A DNA stretch of 32,000 bases from Prochlorococcus marinus str. NATL2A (GTDB taxonomy: Bacteria > Cyanobacteriota > Cyanobacteriia > PCC-6307 > Cyanobiaceae): NCBI RefSeq assembly GCF_000012465.1, contig NC_007335.2, forward strand, positions 210,001-242,000, given 5' to 3'. Below are positions 1-9,601 of the stretch, one piece after another. Position 1 is the stretch's first letter. Every line of letters begins with the position of its first letter. The notes below the pieces were generated by a model, which was given only the letters and a program-made list of their open reading frames with translations, did no database searches and was not told the DNA's origin. Both the position numbers and the translations under genes were made by a program.

Positions 1-117
1 AATTAATCCTTTTTTTGTTAATTCACTTGGTAATTCCTTTAATGATCGAATTATTTCTTTCCCCATTACAGGGATATGATTAAAGTTAGAACTTGAACTA
101 ATTGGCCCTTCTTTCAT
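1..117 (-). CDS. rsmH: 16S rRNA (cytosine1402-N4)-methyltransferase RsmH/MraW, N-terminal 39 codons only; the gene continues past the window's 5' edge
   Basis: Hand translation of the minus strand from the ATG at 117..115 gives MKEGPISSSSNFNHIPVMGKEIIRSLKELPSELTKKGLI, open to position 1. The H-I-P-V-(M/L) followed by a basic/hydrophobic stretch ending in GLI matches the RsmH N-terminus that precedes the D-x-T-x-G-GGHS SAM motif. It is absent from the ORF track because it is under 60 aa. Confidence 0.6.
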   Translation of the reverse strand, partial: MKEGPISSSSNFNHIPVMGKEIIRSLKELPSELTKKGLI

Positions 118-158
118 AAGTTTTTACTAGTATCTAGACATTGCTTTGGTTGGGCCCA

Positions 159-1343
159 ATGACGCAGCTTGAAACGCGTACTGAGCCAATGGTGGTCAAC
201 TTTGGGCCACATCATCCATCAATGCATGGGGTATTGCGATTAGTAGTAACCCTTGATGGAGAGGATGTTGTTGATTGTGAACCAGTTATTGGTTACTTGC
301 ATCGAGGGATGGAGAAAATTGCTGAGAATAGAACAAACGTTATGTTTGTTCCTTACGTGAGTCGCATGGATTATGCGGCTGGTATGTTTTATGAAGCCAT
401 TGTTGTTAATGCCCCTGAGCGTTTAGCAAATATAAAGGTACCCAAGAGAGCAAGTTATATCAGAGCGATAATGCTTGAGTTGAATAGGATCGCTAACCAT
501 TTGCTATGGTTAGGTCCATTTTTGGCTGATGTCGGAGCTCAAACTCCTTTCTTTTATATTTTTAGAGAAAGAGAGATGATTTACGATTTATGGGAGGCTG
601 CAACTGGTCAGAGATTGATTAATAATAATTATTTCCGTATTGGTGGCGTTGCATGTGATTTGCCTTGGGGTTGGTTAGAAAAATGCAAAGATTTTTGTGA
701 CTGGTTTGGTCCAAAAATTGATGAGTATGAAAAATTGATTACTAATAATCCTATTTTTCGTAGACGTATAGAAGGTTTAGGAGTTATAGGAAAAGAGCAA
801 GCGATTAACTGGAGTCTTTCTGGCCCAATGCTTAGGGCGGCAGGTGTCCCATGGGATTTGAGAAAGGTAGATCATTATGAATGCTATGACGATTTTGAAT
901 GGGATATTGCATGGGAGAAAGAGGGTGATTGTTATGCAAGATATAGAGTTCGTATTGAAGAAATGAGACAGTCATTAAAAATATTACGACAAGCTTGTGA
1001 GATGATTCCTGGGGGGCCAACAGAAAATCTTGAGGCACAAAGAACAGTTGAGGGAAAAAAAGGTGATTTATCGGGCTTTGATTATCAATATGTAGCCAAG
1101 AAAGTTGCACCGACTTTTAAGATTCCTAATGGTGAATTATATACCCGCCTTGAGTCTGGAAAAGGAGAGATAGGAGTATTTATTCAAGGTAATAATGATG
1201 TAACCCCTTGGCGGTTTAAAATTAGAGCAGCTGACTCAAATAATTTGCAGATACTTCCTCACATACTGAAGGGAGCCAAGGTCGCTGATATAATGGCAAT
1301 CTTAGGTTCGATTGATGTGATTATGGGTTCTGTTGATAGATAG
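159..1343 (+). CDS. ndhH: NAD(P)H-quinone oxidoreductase (NDH-1) subunit H
   Basis: Full-length match by eye to NdhH/NuoD ([48 protein letters not shown]). The track ORF starts at a TTG at 141. The ATG at 159 ([10 protein letters not shown]...) gives 394 aa, the usual cyanobacterial length. Confidence 0.95.
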   Translation: MTQLETRTEPMVVNFGPHHPSMHGVLRLVVTLDGEDVVDCEPVIGYLHRGMEKIAENRTNVMFVPYVSRMDYAAGMFYEAIVVNAPERLANIKVPKRASYIRAIMLELNRIANHLLWLGPFLADVGAQTPFFYIFREREMIYDLWEAATGQRLINNNYFRIGGVACDLPWGWLEKCKDFCDWFGPKIDEYEKLITNNPIFRRRIEGLGVIGKEQAINWSLSGPMLRAAGVPWDLRKVDHYECYDDFEWDIAWEKEGDCYARYRVRIEEMRQSLKILRQACEMIPGGPTENLEAQRTVEGKKGDLSGFDYQYVAKKVAPTFKIPNGELYTRLESGKGEIGVFIQGNNDVTPWRFKIRAADSNNLQILPHILKGAKVADIMAILGSIDVIMGSVDR

Positions 1344-1800
1344 GTTTTTGGACAAGCGTAATCCTAGAGAATGGTTATGTTTGAAACGAACAGTTCGTTT
1401 TGGTGAAACAGATGCTGCAGGTGTGGTTCACTTTCTTGAATTATTTAGATGGTGTCATGAAACTTGGGAAGAAAGTTTAGAAAAATATGGAATAGCTTTG
1501 AAAGATATTTTTCCTACAAACGAAATCAATACAAGCCAACTAGATATAGCTTTACCAGTTGTTCATTGTGAAGCAAATTATTTTCAACCACTTTATGTTG
1601 GAGATACTATAAATATTGAACTGGAAACAGAGAAGATAAATGAGTCTTCATTTGTACTTCGATTTAAATTTAAAAAGAATGGAGAGCAAATCGGTTCGAC
1701 AAATATAAAACATGTATCGATAAATCCAATTACTAGAAAAAAATGTGCATTATCTAAACAAATAAATTTGTGGCTTCATGAATCTAGTTCGAATTTTTAG
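1333..1800 (+). CDS. Hotdog-fold (4HBT-type) thioesterase, probably the 1,4-dihydroxy-2-naphthoyl-CoA hydrolase of phylloquinone synthesis
   Basis: The motif [16 protein letters not shown]...CHE..EESL is typical of 4-hydroxybenzoyl-CoA-thioesterase-like proteins. Cyanobacteria use such a protein (the Slr0204 family) as DHNA-CoA thioesterase, and this one sits next to menE/menC/menA. There is no ATG start; candidates are TTG at 1333 (overlapping the ndhH stop at 1341-1343) or TTG at 1348. Confidence 0.7.
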   Translation: MIDRFLDKRNPREWLCLKRTVRFGETDAAGVVHFLELFRWCHETWEESLEKYGIALKDIFPTNEINTSQLDIALPVVHCEANYFQPLYVGDTINIELETEKINESSFVLRFKFKKNGEQIGSTNIKHVSINPITRKKCALSKQINLWLHESSSNF

Positions 1801-3032
1801 TTAATAGGTTTATTAAAGGCTATCCAATCTTGCCATTTTTTTATTTCCCATTTTTTATTGATATTTCTTGAAAGTTTTGGACAATCGTACCAGTTCAGTG
1901 GTTTTTTGGATGGTTGCCAGTCTTCAATGAGATCATTCAGAAGTGAAATGATTGGATATCTGTTTAGTTCTTTCCCTTTGAATTTTGTTAAGGCAACTAA
2001 ACGTTGTCCCCATTTCTTGTCACTAACTCCTAGTACAAAAATATCTTTAATTGGGATTTGATTTTTTGAGATTATTTTCATTAATTCCATTTCGATATCT
2101 TCTGGAAAAATCGTTTCACCGCCCGAATTTATAGCTGAATCTCTTCTACCTAGGATTTGTATTGCTTTTCTATTGTCTAGAATGATGTATTGCGCTAGAT
2201 CGCCTGCTTCCCACCATCCATTTGAGTCTTTAATTGATTCGAATTTATTATTCTTCCATTTTGAAGTTGCAATTCTACTGGTTTTAATCTTAAGTGAATT
2301 TCTTTTGTTGATTTCTATCTCAACATCTTCGAGAGGGAACCCAACACTATTACTTCCATTTAAAAAGTCTTTAGGACTAAGGCAAGTCACCATTGCTACT
2401 GTTTCAGTGGCCCCATAACAAGGAGCTAGATTAATAGACTTTCTGCGTGCTTTTTCAGCAAGGTCTATAGGGATGGAAGCTCCTCCAACCCATATCACAG
2501 CAAGGGATTGAAGCCATTTTAAACCATCAGTATTATCTATCAAAGATAATAATTGAGTTGGAACTAGGGATGTAATTAATGGACGTCTATGTTTATTAGT
2601 TAATGCTTCACTAAATTGCTTAAGTTGAAGTGGTTTATGCATTATAGAATTTGAAATCCAGTAATACCCAGATCCCCAAGTCTGATGTCTCCACCAAGGC
2701 ATGAAACCACTTATATGATGCAAAGGTAGTGAATTGAGAATGATGCATTCATTTGGCTTAAGGCCATGATTCTTTAACCACTTTCCGGTTGATAAAGCCG
2801 AATTAGTGAGATTTTTAAGTGATTGGAAACAAAGATTTGGCCCTCCAATGCTGCCCCCGCTTGAAATGATTATTCCTTCTCCTTCAGGTAAGGTTGACGA
2901 TGTGGGGATTTTCGTTTGATCTTTTGGAGTCGCTAGATATACCCAGTTATGCTTTGCAAAATTCTTCAAAATTTCTTTTGAACAGTCCAGGTTTTTTTCA
3001 GGAATACATTCTACAACTGCAATTTTGGTCAT
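1797..3032 (-). CDS. menE: O-succinylbenzoate-CoA ligase (ANL adenylating enzyme)
   Basis: ANL motifs are present: CYGATET (A5), AGDLA (A7), GRRDSAINSGGETIFPEDIE (A8). It lies directly downstream of menC. The track start at 3089 would overlap menC by 61 nt. The ATG at 3032 (MTKIAVVEC...) forms an ATGA start/stop overlap with the menC stop (3031..3029). Confidence 0.8.
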   Translation of the reverse strand: MTKIAVVECIPEKNLDCSKEILKNFAKHNWVYLATPKDQTKIPTSSTLPEGEGIIISSGGSIGGPNLCFQSLKNLTNSALSTGKWLKNHGLKPNECIILNSLPLHHISGFMPWWRHQTWGSGYYWISNSIMHKPLQLKQFSEALTNKHRRPLITSLVPTQLLSLIDNTDGLKWLQSLAVIWVGGASIPIDLAEKARRKSINLAPCYGATETVAMVTCLSPKDFLNGSNSVGFPLEDVEIEINKRNSLKIKTSRIATSKWKNNKFESIKDSNGWWEAGDLAQYIILDNRKAIQILGRRDSAINSGGETIFPEDIEMELMKIISKNQIPIKDIFVLGVSDKKWGQRLVALTKFKGKELNRYPIISLLNDLIEDWQPSKKPLNWYDCPKLSRNINKKWEIKKWQDWIAFNKPIN

Positions 3033-4000
3033 ACGGCTTCCCAGACTAATTTCGGATTGTTGTTGAAGAGTGGGCCTTTTGGGCACCATCCAGGTGCAAG
3101 TCCAGGTGCACGAGGATTTCCCCCTTTGACTTGTCTGGCAGCGAGGTGATTAACCCACCTTCTCCCAATACCAGTTTCAAAAGCTGTGCTTATGACTGTT
3201 TGACTATCTTCTTGTTCTATTTCTTTTAACAGTAATCTCGGATCACCATCTAATGCAGGGCGACGTATTTGCCAACTTTTCCATGTTTTTCGTAAATATG
3301 GAAATTCAACCAAAGATTCATCTAGTGCGATTGGAATTTGAGTGGCCAATGAAAATAAACCTTCAATATCTTTTGATGGGAGTGGCTGTTCAATCCATTC
3401 CAAACGAGGTTCGTTTTTGAGTTCGTTAATCCATTCTTGTGCTTTTTGGCGACTCCAACCTCCATTTGGATCAATTCTAAGTTTAAAATTATTTGGTAAA
3501 ATGTCTAAGATTTTTTGTAATGTTTTTTCTTCCTTAAAGTTATTTTCTAGGTGAGATACTTTCCATTTTATTGTACAAGAACTTTTCTTCTCATTTGATT
3601 CATCTACATATTTACGTATTGACTCTAATGGATCAATATCTGTAGGTAAAAGATAAGCTGATTTTGCGTCGTCAAAACCTTCAAGATTTAACTTCCTATG
3701 AGTGAGACTTTCTAAATCGGCTAAGCAGGACCCTAATCCGAAAGCAAGTGCGCCTGGCAATTCAAATAAATAATTTTCTATTGAATCTTTTGTAGTTTGT
3801 TTCCCAATAAAATCAAGACTTTCTATACTTTTTTCTAATTCCTTTTTCTCAATAGGTGAAACTTCCCCCCATCCGTAATTTCCATTTGAGTCTTTTATTT
3901 GCAACAATAAACCTATCTTTTTATGAATAATTCCTTTAGATGTTATTAACTTTCGTGTTAAATCAAATGAAAATGGCTTGATATTAATTATTAATTTCAT
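3029..4000 (-). CDS. menC: O-succinylbenzoate synthase (enolase superfamily)
   Basis: At 323 aa it has the enolase-superfamily layout (KWKV..., RIDPNGGW, IEQPL, ALDES metal/acid-base positions). It is flanked by menA and menE. Confidence 0.8.
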   Translation of the reverse strand: MKLIINIKPFSFDLTRKLITSKGIIHKKIGLLLQIKDSNGNYGWGEVSPIEKKELEKSIESLDFIGKQTTKDSIENYLFELPGALAFGLGSCLADLESLTHRKLNLEGFDDAKSAYLLPTDIDPLESIRKYVDESNEKKSSCTIKWKVSHLENNFKEEKTLQKILDILPNNFKLRIDPNGGWSRQKAQEWINELKNEPRLEWIEQPLPSKDIEGLFSLATQIPIALDESLVEFPYLRKTWKSWQIRRPALDGDPRLLLKEIEQEDSQTVISTAFETGIGRRWVNHLAARQVKGGNPRAPGLAPGWCPKGPLFNNNPKLVWEAV

Positions 4001-4023
4001 GGTTTAATAAAATTAATAATTCA

Positions 4024-4944
4024 TTATAAAAAGAAATAGGAAGTAGCAAAACCTATACTTAAACATAAACCATTAATTGTTTGAAAGCGAAGAGCTGAAA
4101 ACTTACTGTTTTTAATGAGCTCTGGTTTATTGTGATGTCTTTTAATTAATTTGATTAGATCTAATCCTGAAGGAAGGCTTATTAAACACATAAGAGTCGT
4201 TATTGGCCATATGCCATTTAGTACTGGTAATAACTCCAATAGAAATATTAGACCAACTAACCACGGTAAAAAATTTGCCGCTCGATTAGTGCCTAAAACA
4301 ACTAGGGGTGATTTTTTACCAACAGCAGCATCTTGATTGATTTGATGAAAATGCGAACAGAACAAAACCAAAGTAGTCGCCATCGCGGGACCTGCTCCAA
4401 CAATCAGTGCTGTTCCCCAGGGGATGGCATCAAAATTAGATTTTGGAGAAATAACAATTAGTGCTGCAGCTGTCGCAAGTGGTCCAAATGCAATCCAGCA
4501 AAGGGGTTCTCCCAACCCCTTGTATCCCAGTCTAAATGGTGGCCCTTGATATAAATATCCAAGGAAACAACAAATTATGACTAAAAAAAGTACTGTTATT
4601 TTACTTTTTAGAGCGAGGATAAATATTATAAATAAACCTAATAAAAGAGAAAAATATGCAACCCGACTTACAGTGGTTTTATTACCAGTTAAAGCTACTA
4701 CCGAGTGGAATTTGTATTTGTCAACACCAGTTTCATCGTCAAAAAGATCATTGGTAAGGTTTTCCCAAAGCAAGATCAAGATTGAGGCAATTAGAAAACC
4801 GATGAATTGTCCCAGCCGAATATTGCCGCTATTTCCTAGCTCCCATCCTGCAGACACAATTACTGGCATTATTGCGACTGAATACAGTGGCCACTTAATT
4901 GCGGCTTGCCAAAGATGTTTTCTTTCAGTTGTAGAAGACTTCAC
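4024..4944 (-). CDS. menA: 1,4-dihydroxy-2-naphthoate phytyltransferase (UbiA prenyltransferase family)
   Basis: A polytopic membrane protein with the UbiA-type Asp-rich motif NDLFDDETGVDK and a second loop with QDAAVGKKSP. The start codon at 4944..4942 is GTG. Confidence 0.85.
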   Translation of the reverse strand: MKSSTTERKHLWQAAIKWPLYSVAIMPVIVSAGWELGNSGNIRLGQFIGFLIASILILLWENLTNDLFDDETGVDKYKFHSVVALTGNKTTVSRVAYFSLLLGLFIIFILALKSKITVLFLVIICCFLGYLYQGPPFRLGYKGLGEPLCWIAFGPLATAAALIVISPKSNFDAIPWGTALIVGAGPAMATTLVLFCSHFHQINQDAAVGKKSPLVVLGTNRAANFLPWLVGLIFLLELLPVLNGIWPITTLMCLISLPSGLDLIKLIKRHHNKPELIKNSKFSALRFQTINGLCLSIGFATSYFFL

Positions 4945-5043
4945 AGATAAATTAACCCGCCCTGTTCGTTTCTTGTTGTTTCCCCTAAGACTAGGCAGCA
5001 GTTCATGTATTGGTTTATTTATGTCGAAAGGGTCTAATTGTTT

Positions 5044-6444
5044 ATGAATTTAGAACCCGTCTTTAGTGAGCTTTTAGTTAGTTCTCTTCAGAAATGGAGT
5101 GAAAGAAAAGTTGATGAATGTATCTTGAGCATTTCTGTTCCTGTAAGTCAAACAGATCCTTTAGCGACATTACCTTTAATTGCTGAAAAACATCAGTTTA
5201 GGTTTCTTTGGGATCTCTCTCCCAGATTGTGCCTTTCTGCCGGAGGTCATTGTCAATCTTTGGATTTATCTGGACCAAAGAGGTTTGAAAATGCACAAAG
5301 ATTTAGTGATGAGATCTTTACTCGATTGATAGATATTTCTCCAAGTCCAGTATTTTCAGCATCAAGGGTTTTATTTTCATTTTCTTTCTTTGATCAAATT
5401 AAAAGTAATGAACAATCAATAGATGATAAATTTTCCCTTCAGGCTGTTTTGCCTAAGTGGCAATTAACCGCAAAAGATGGATTAACATGGCTACGTTTAA
5501 ATTCAGTTGCCCAAAATCCTTCAGATGTTCGTGAAGCTATAGAAAGATTATGGTCAACTCGAGAAAAGATAAATAAATCACCAGTCCGAATTGTTAATGA
5601 TGAAAATGAAAATTTCTTAGTCGATAATTTTTCTGATGATTGGCAATCTCAATATCGAGATGCGTTGACTAAAGGGATCGAATTAATAAATTCAGGTGAT
5701 TTGGATAAACTTGTATTGGCTACGAGACAACGTCTCCTCCTAAGAAAACCATTAGATCCACTGCACTTACTTGCTCGTTTAAGAGTTCAGCAAACTAATA
5801 GTTGTCGATTTTTATGGCAAAAAAATCATGATGAGTCATTTTTTGGTGCATCGCCTGAGAGATTAATAAGTCTCAATCAAAATCAGTTGTTAATCGATGC
5901 TTTAGCTGGTACTGCAAAAAAAGGTGATGATGGGAGAGAATTGCTTGCTTCCTCTAAAGATTTAAGAGAACACCATTTTGTAGTTAATTCTATTGTCGAA
6001 CAACTTTTTAGAAGAGGTATTAAAGCAAGTTATTCATCTCAACCAAAATTAATGACTCAAGACCATTTAATTCATTTGCATACTCTTATTCAAGCTTCTG
6101 TTGAAGAGAAATCTCCTCTTGATTTAGTTGAAGCACTTCATCCAACCCCTGCTGTTGCGGGATTACCTCTGAGTAAATCTTTGAGTTGGTTGAGAGCTTT
6201 GGAACCATTTGACCGTAAAACATATGCTTCTCCAATTGGGTGGATAGATAAAAATCAAAATTCAGAATTTAGAGTTGCCATACGTTATGGACAGGTTAGA
6301 GCTAATGAACTTAAATTATTTGCTGGCGCTGGTTTAGTAAAAGGTTCAACTGTTGAGGGAGAAATGCAAGAAGTAGCTTTGAAATTTGAAGTTTTAAGAA
6401 ATCAATTAAACTTAGATAGAGTTAATTGTTCAAATGATCTATAA
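5044..6444 (+). CDS. menF: Isochorismate synthase
   Basis: Chorismate-binding enzyme C-terminal motifs are present ([30 protein letters not shown](L)V..S....E..E). It is divergent from menA. The track starts at TTG 5038; the ATG at 5044 is preferred. Confidence 0.85.
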   Translation: MNLEPVFSELLVSSLQKWSERKVDECILSISVPVSQTDPLATLPLIAEKHQFRFLWDLSPRLCLSAGGHCQSLDLSGPKRFENAQRFSDEIFTRLIDISPSPVFSASRVLFSFSFFDQIKSNEQSIDDKFSLQAVLPKWQLTAKDGLTWLRLNSVAQNPSDVREAIERLWSTREKINKSPVRIVNDENENFLVDNFSDDWQSQYRDALTKGIELINSGDLDKLVLATRQRLLLRKPLDPLHLLARLRVQQTNSCRFLWQKNHDESFFGASPERLISLNQNQLLIDALAGTAKKGDDGRELLASSKDLREHHFVVNSIVEQLFRRGIKASYSSQPKLMTQDHLIHLHTLIQASVEEKSPLDLVEALHPTPAVAGLPLSKSLSWLRALEPFDRKTYASPIGWIDKNQNSEFRVAIRYGQVRANELKLFAGAGLVKGSTVEGEMQEVALKFEVLRNQLNLDRVNCSNDL

Positions 6445-7351
6445 GGTAATCAATTACTTGATCTGCTAATGGAACATTCATTAGACTTTCTACTTCTCTA
6501 ATACCAGTTGGACTCGTCACATTAATCTCACTTAGCATTCCTCCGATCACATCTATTCCGACAAAAAAGAGACCTTCCTCTTGTAAAGCAGGCTTTATTT
6601 GATTACATATCTCTATCTCTTTAGGAGTTAATTTAGTTGTCTCAGCTTTTCCACCTAAAGCCAAGTTGCTTCTGAAGTCTCCTTCCTTTGGACGTCTATT
6701 AATTGCACCTAATGGCTCTCCATTAACCAAAAGGATTCTTTTATCGCCATTGATTACTTCTGGTAGGAATTGTTGCATCATCACTGGCAAATGTTCTTGT
6801 GAAGTAACCAGTTCGAGTAATGCTTCTAAGCCTGGAGCATCCTTTGCAATTCGTATGACTCCTTGCCCACCTTTTCCTCCAAGTGGTTTTAACACAACTT
6901 CTCCATACTCTTTTGCAAATGTAATTAATTGTTCCACCCTACTTGCAACAAGAGTGGGAGCCATTAAATTACTAAATCTTAAAGCTCCTAACTTTTCATT
7001 CCAAGCTCTAAGTGATGCAGGCTTGTTAATTACATTGACACCATCTCTTTCTGCAACTTCTAATAAATGAGTGGCGTATAAAAAAGCCTCGTCAACAGGT
7101 GGATCTTTGCGCATCCAAATGCATGAGAAATCTCTTAAAGGAAGGCTTCGAGATGACTGGACATTGATCCATGGTTCACAATTGACCTTGTTAGAAACGA
7201 CCCATGCATCGTCTCCTCGGGCTTGCAGGTCCGAGGGAGTACAGATCCAAACATCTATGTCGGCTCTTGATGCGGCTTGCATAAGTGCTGCTGATGAATC
7301 CTTCTTAGGATTAATATTTTCAATTGGATCTAAAACAAATAGTTGCTTCAT
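6422..7351 (-). CDS. gshB: Glutathione synthetase (ATP-grasp)
   Basis: Full-length prokaryotic GshB pattern: an N-terminal DP....I...KDS domain, NKP..LR..NEKL, KPL.G.GG.G, and R....[10 protein letters not shown]. Confidence 0.9.
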   Translation of the reverse strand: MKQLFVLDPIENINPKKDSSAALMQAASRADIDVWICTPSDLQARGDDAWVVSNKVNCEPWINVQSSRSLPLRDFSCIWMRKDPPVDEAFLYATHLLEVAERDGVNVINKPASLRAWNEKLGALRFSNLMAPTLVASRVEQLITFAKEYGEVVLKPLGGKGGQGVIRIAKDAPGLEALLELVTSQEHLPVMMQQFLPEVINGDKRILLVNGEPLGAINRRPKEGDFRSNLALGGKAETTKLTPKEIEICNQIKPALQEEGLFFVGIDVIGGMLSEINVTSPTGIREVESLMNVPLADQVIDYLIDHLNN

Positions 7352-7354
7352 GAA

Positions 7355-7645
7355 TCAATTTCTAATTCCAATCAGTTCATTTAATTCGTTATTTCTCTCA
7401 AGTTCGTAGAGTTCGTCGCAACCTCCAATACTTTTTCCATTGATAAAAATTTGTGGAACAGTTCTGCGGCCTCCTGCTCTTTCAGACATTTTTGTTCTTG
7501 CACCATCGTCTCCATCAATAGAATATTCTGTGAATTGGACTCCTTTTTCATTTAGTAGTGCTTTGGCACGTAAGCAAAACGGGCAAAATCTCCAAGTGTA
7601 TATTTCCACTGTAGTAATGCCTGAATCTGGAATTGATCTGTTCAT
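7355..7645 (-). CDS. grxC: Glutaredoxin (CPFC active site)
   Basis: It has the WRFCPFCLRAK active site, TVPQIFINGK.IGGCDEL, and a thioredoxin fold. It lies 3 nt upstream of gshB on the same strand, so they are probably an operon. Confidence 0.9.
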   Translation of the reverse strand: MNRSIPDSGITTVEIYTWRFCPFCLRAKALLNEKGVQFTEYSIDGDDGARTKMSERAGGRRTVPQIFINGKSIGGCDELYELERNNELNELIGIRN

Positions 7646-7703
7646 TTATAGTTTTTGGGTGGATATGCTGATAGCTTTTAATGTATTGATTCTATTACCT
7701 CGT

Positions 7704-8814
7704 TTGCAAGACCTGACTGATTTTAAAAGAGACCTTTCTTTATTGACTTCTCGCCTGGGTACAGCCCAGGATTGTCTTTGACGAACCTGCATTACTTGCT
7801 AGGAAAAGAGATTTAGAGCAAGTTGCATCGCAACCTGAGTTTTGGAACGATCCTCAAAATGCGCAGAAACAGATGCGTCAACTTGATGAGGTTAAAGCAG
7901 AGTTAGAAAAATTAATTACATGGAGGGGGGCTATTGAGGACGCTAATCTTTCGGTAGAGCTTTATGAGTTAGATCCGGATGAAGAAATCCTGTCTGAGGC
8001 TCACAATGGGCTCGAGCAATTAAAACAAGAACTTGAACGGTGGGAGACGGAGCGCCTCTTAAGTGGCATCTATGACAAGGAGGGTGCAGTTCTATCCATT
8101 AATGCTGGTGCTGGTGGAACTGATGCCCAAGATTGGGCTCAAATGCTTCTAAGGATGTATACACGTTGGGCTGAAAATAATGGTATGAAAGTGAGTATTA
8201 ATGAACTTTCTGAGGGAGAGGAAGCTGGAATAAAAAGTGTCACTATCGAAATTGAAGGTGTTTACGCATATGGTTTTTTACAAAATGAAAAAGGAACTCA
8301 TCGTTTAGTCAGGATTTCCCCTTTCAATGCAAATGGAAAGCGACAAACTAGTTTCGCTGGAGTTGAAGTTATGCCTAAACTTGATGAAGAGGTTGAACTT
8401 GAGATCCCTGAAAAGGATTTAGAAATTACAACAAGTCGCTCAGGTGGAGCAGGTGGACAAAATGTAAATAAAGTTGAGACTGCGGTTCGAATTCTTCATG
8501 TGCCTACGGGTATTGCAGTTAGATGTACACAAGAAAGATCTCAGCTTCAAAATAAAGACAAGGCAATGGCACTATTAAAATCAAAATTGATGGTCATAGC
8601 AGTAGAGCAAAGGGCTGCAGAGATTGCTGATATTCGGGGGGATATTGTTGAAGCTGCGTGGGGCAATCAAATTAGAAATTATGTTTTTCACCCGTACCAA
8701 ATGGTAAAAGATTTACGCACTGAACAAGAAACAACGGATGTAGATTCAGTAATGAATGGAAAAATAGATATTTTTATTCAGTCTCTTTTAAGGCAAAATA
8801 TTGAAGAATCATAA
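7704..8814 (+). CDS. prfB: Peptide chain release factor 2, expressed through a +1 programmed ribosomal frameshift at 7776-7782
   Basis: ORF0 (the tail of track ORF 7440..7781) ends ...[26 protein letters not shown]. Slipping +1 at CTT TGA C continues as [32 protein letters not shown]... in the frame of track ORF 7873..8814. That ORF carries the SPF tripeptide ([11 protein letters not shown]) and the GGQ motif ([10 protein letters not shown]). The start is uncertain. TTG 7704 gives 25 codons before the shift, like E. coli. ATG 7665 would add a non-RF2-like hydrophobic extension. Confidence 0.9.
7768..7782 (+). other. RF2 +1 frameshift cassette: SD-like AGGA, spacer, then CTT TGA C
   Basis: The sequence is AGGA TTGT CTT TGA C. 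The in-frame TGA at 7779-7781 is followed by C (a weak stop context), the slippery CTT sits in the P-site, and a purine-rich AGGA lies 4 nt upstream. The frame arithmetic agrees: 7780 and 7873 are in the same frame. Confidence 0.85.
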
Positions 8815-8825
8815 ATCAATTAGAT

Positions 8826-9017
8826 ATGAATAATAAAATTATTTCTGATGACGTCACCAAGAAAGCAACCCCACCTCCAAGTTTTGTCAAACTTGCGATG
8901 AAAAATATGGTTCGGAAAGGTAGTCAAAGCCTTTCTCATTTTGGGTTAACAGCTTTGGGTTTCCTTGGATTTATTCTTTTAGTTGCTGTGCTTGGTAAAC
9001 CTCATATCCCTCAATAA
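8826..9017 (+). CDS. Small conserved-looking membrane protein (63 aa, single C-terminal TM helix), function unknown
   Basis: It has an ATG start 11 nt after the prfB stop and ends 4 nt before the ybeY ATG. It has a basic N-terminal half and the hydrophobic helix GLTALGFLGFILLVAVLG. It may belong to a cyanobacteria-restricted DUF family (I cannot verify which). Confidence 0.55.
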   Translation: MNNKIISDDVTKKATPPPSFVKLAMKNMVRKGSQSLSHFGLTALGFLGFILLVAVLGKPHIPQ

Positions 9018-9021
9018 CTTT

Positions 9022-9576
9022 ATGGTAAATTCCTCGACAAGCTCTGATCAATTAGATGTAGATCTTTCTTTTACACCCTTCCCAGTTCAAGATTTGGATG
9101 TCTTTGTGAACAGTGACACTTTAGAGTTGATGAAAAATCCAAGTAAATGGATTGAGGAGATAGGGAGCTGGATTAGATTTATACAAGTAAATTCAGCATT
9201 GAAGTGTCCGGAAATAGTCCTAAATTCGTCTCAATTTAGCTTGGGGTTGGAATTAACTAATGATAAGAAAATTCTTGATTTGAATCATGCCTGGCTTGGG
9301 CAATCAAAAGCTACAGATGTGCTTTCATTTCCCATAATTGATGAGACATTCTTTGGTGTAAGTAATGAATGTATCGAATTGGGTGACATAGTTATCTCAG
9401 TCCCGACAGCAATCAGGCAAGCCAAAGATAATAATGCTGATTTATTTAGAGAACTAAGATGGCTTGCCACTCATGGTCTTTTACACCTTTTGGGTTGGGA
9501 CCATAGCGACGAAGAGAGCCTTCATAAAATGCTTTTGATTCAAGAGCAACTTCTTGAAATTAGAGGTATTCTTTAA
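9022..9576 (+). CDS. ybeY: Endoribonuclease YbeY (16S rRNA 3'-end maturation metalloprotease-fold RNase)
   Basis: It carries the zinc motif HGLLHLLGWDH plus DVLSFP upstream. The ATG at 9022 is preferred over the track start at 8983, which overlaps the preceding small ORF. Confidence 0.9.
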   Translation: MVNSSTSSDQLDVDLSFTPFPVQDLDVFVNSDTLELMKNPSKWIEEIGSWIRFIQVNSALKCPEIVLNSSQFSLGLELTNDKKILDLNHAWLGQSKATDVLSFPIIDETFFGVSNECIELGDIVISVPTAIRQAKDNNADLFRELRWLATHGLLHLLGWDHSDEESLHKMLLIQEQLLEIRGIL

Positions 9577-9601
9577 AATAAAGAGTTGAAGAGTCACAAA
9601 T

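Noticed and set aside
832-1110. Antisense or out-of-frame track ORFs inside well-supported genes: 832..1110, 1858..2061, 2173..2418, 3342..3554, 4151..4336, 4577..5047, 6666..7070, 7071..7409, 9285..9470, 10337..10549, 10690..10893, 14419..14616, 15402..15773, 16094..16276, 19878..20297, 23111..23332, 25342..25554, 26537..26728, 27701..27964, 28028..28258, 28129..28350, 28585..28773, 28698..29036, 29224..29490, 29519..29704, 30498..30788, 31708..31944
   Set aside because: Each lies entirely, or almost entirely, within a longer ORF that has clear family motifs. Their translations are low-complexity (Ser/Leu/Phe/Ile-rich) with no recognisable motifs, which is typical of shadow ORFs in AT-rich DNA.
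141-3089. Longest-ORF start codons from the track: ndhH TTG 141, menE 3089, menF TTG 5038, ybeY 8983, spoT GTG 19193
   Set aside because: Internal ATG codons (159, 3032, 5044, 9022, 19187) give products of canonical length, remove implausible overlaps with upstream genes, and begin where family similarity begins.
7440-7781. Track ORF of 113 aa on the plus strand, taken as an independent gene
   Set aside because: Most of it is an antisense shadow of grxC (7355..7645). Only its last ~25 codons are real coding sequence, namely ORF0 of the frameshifted prfB.
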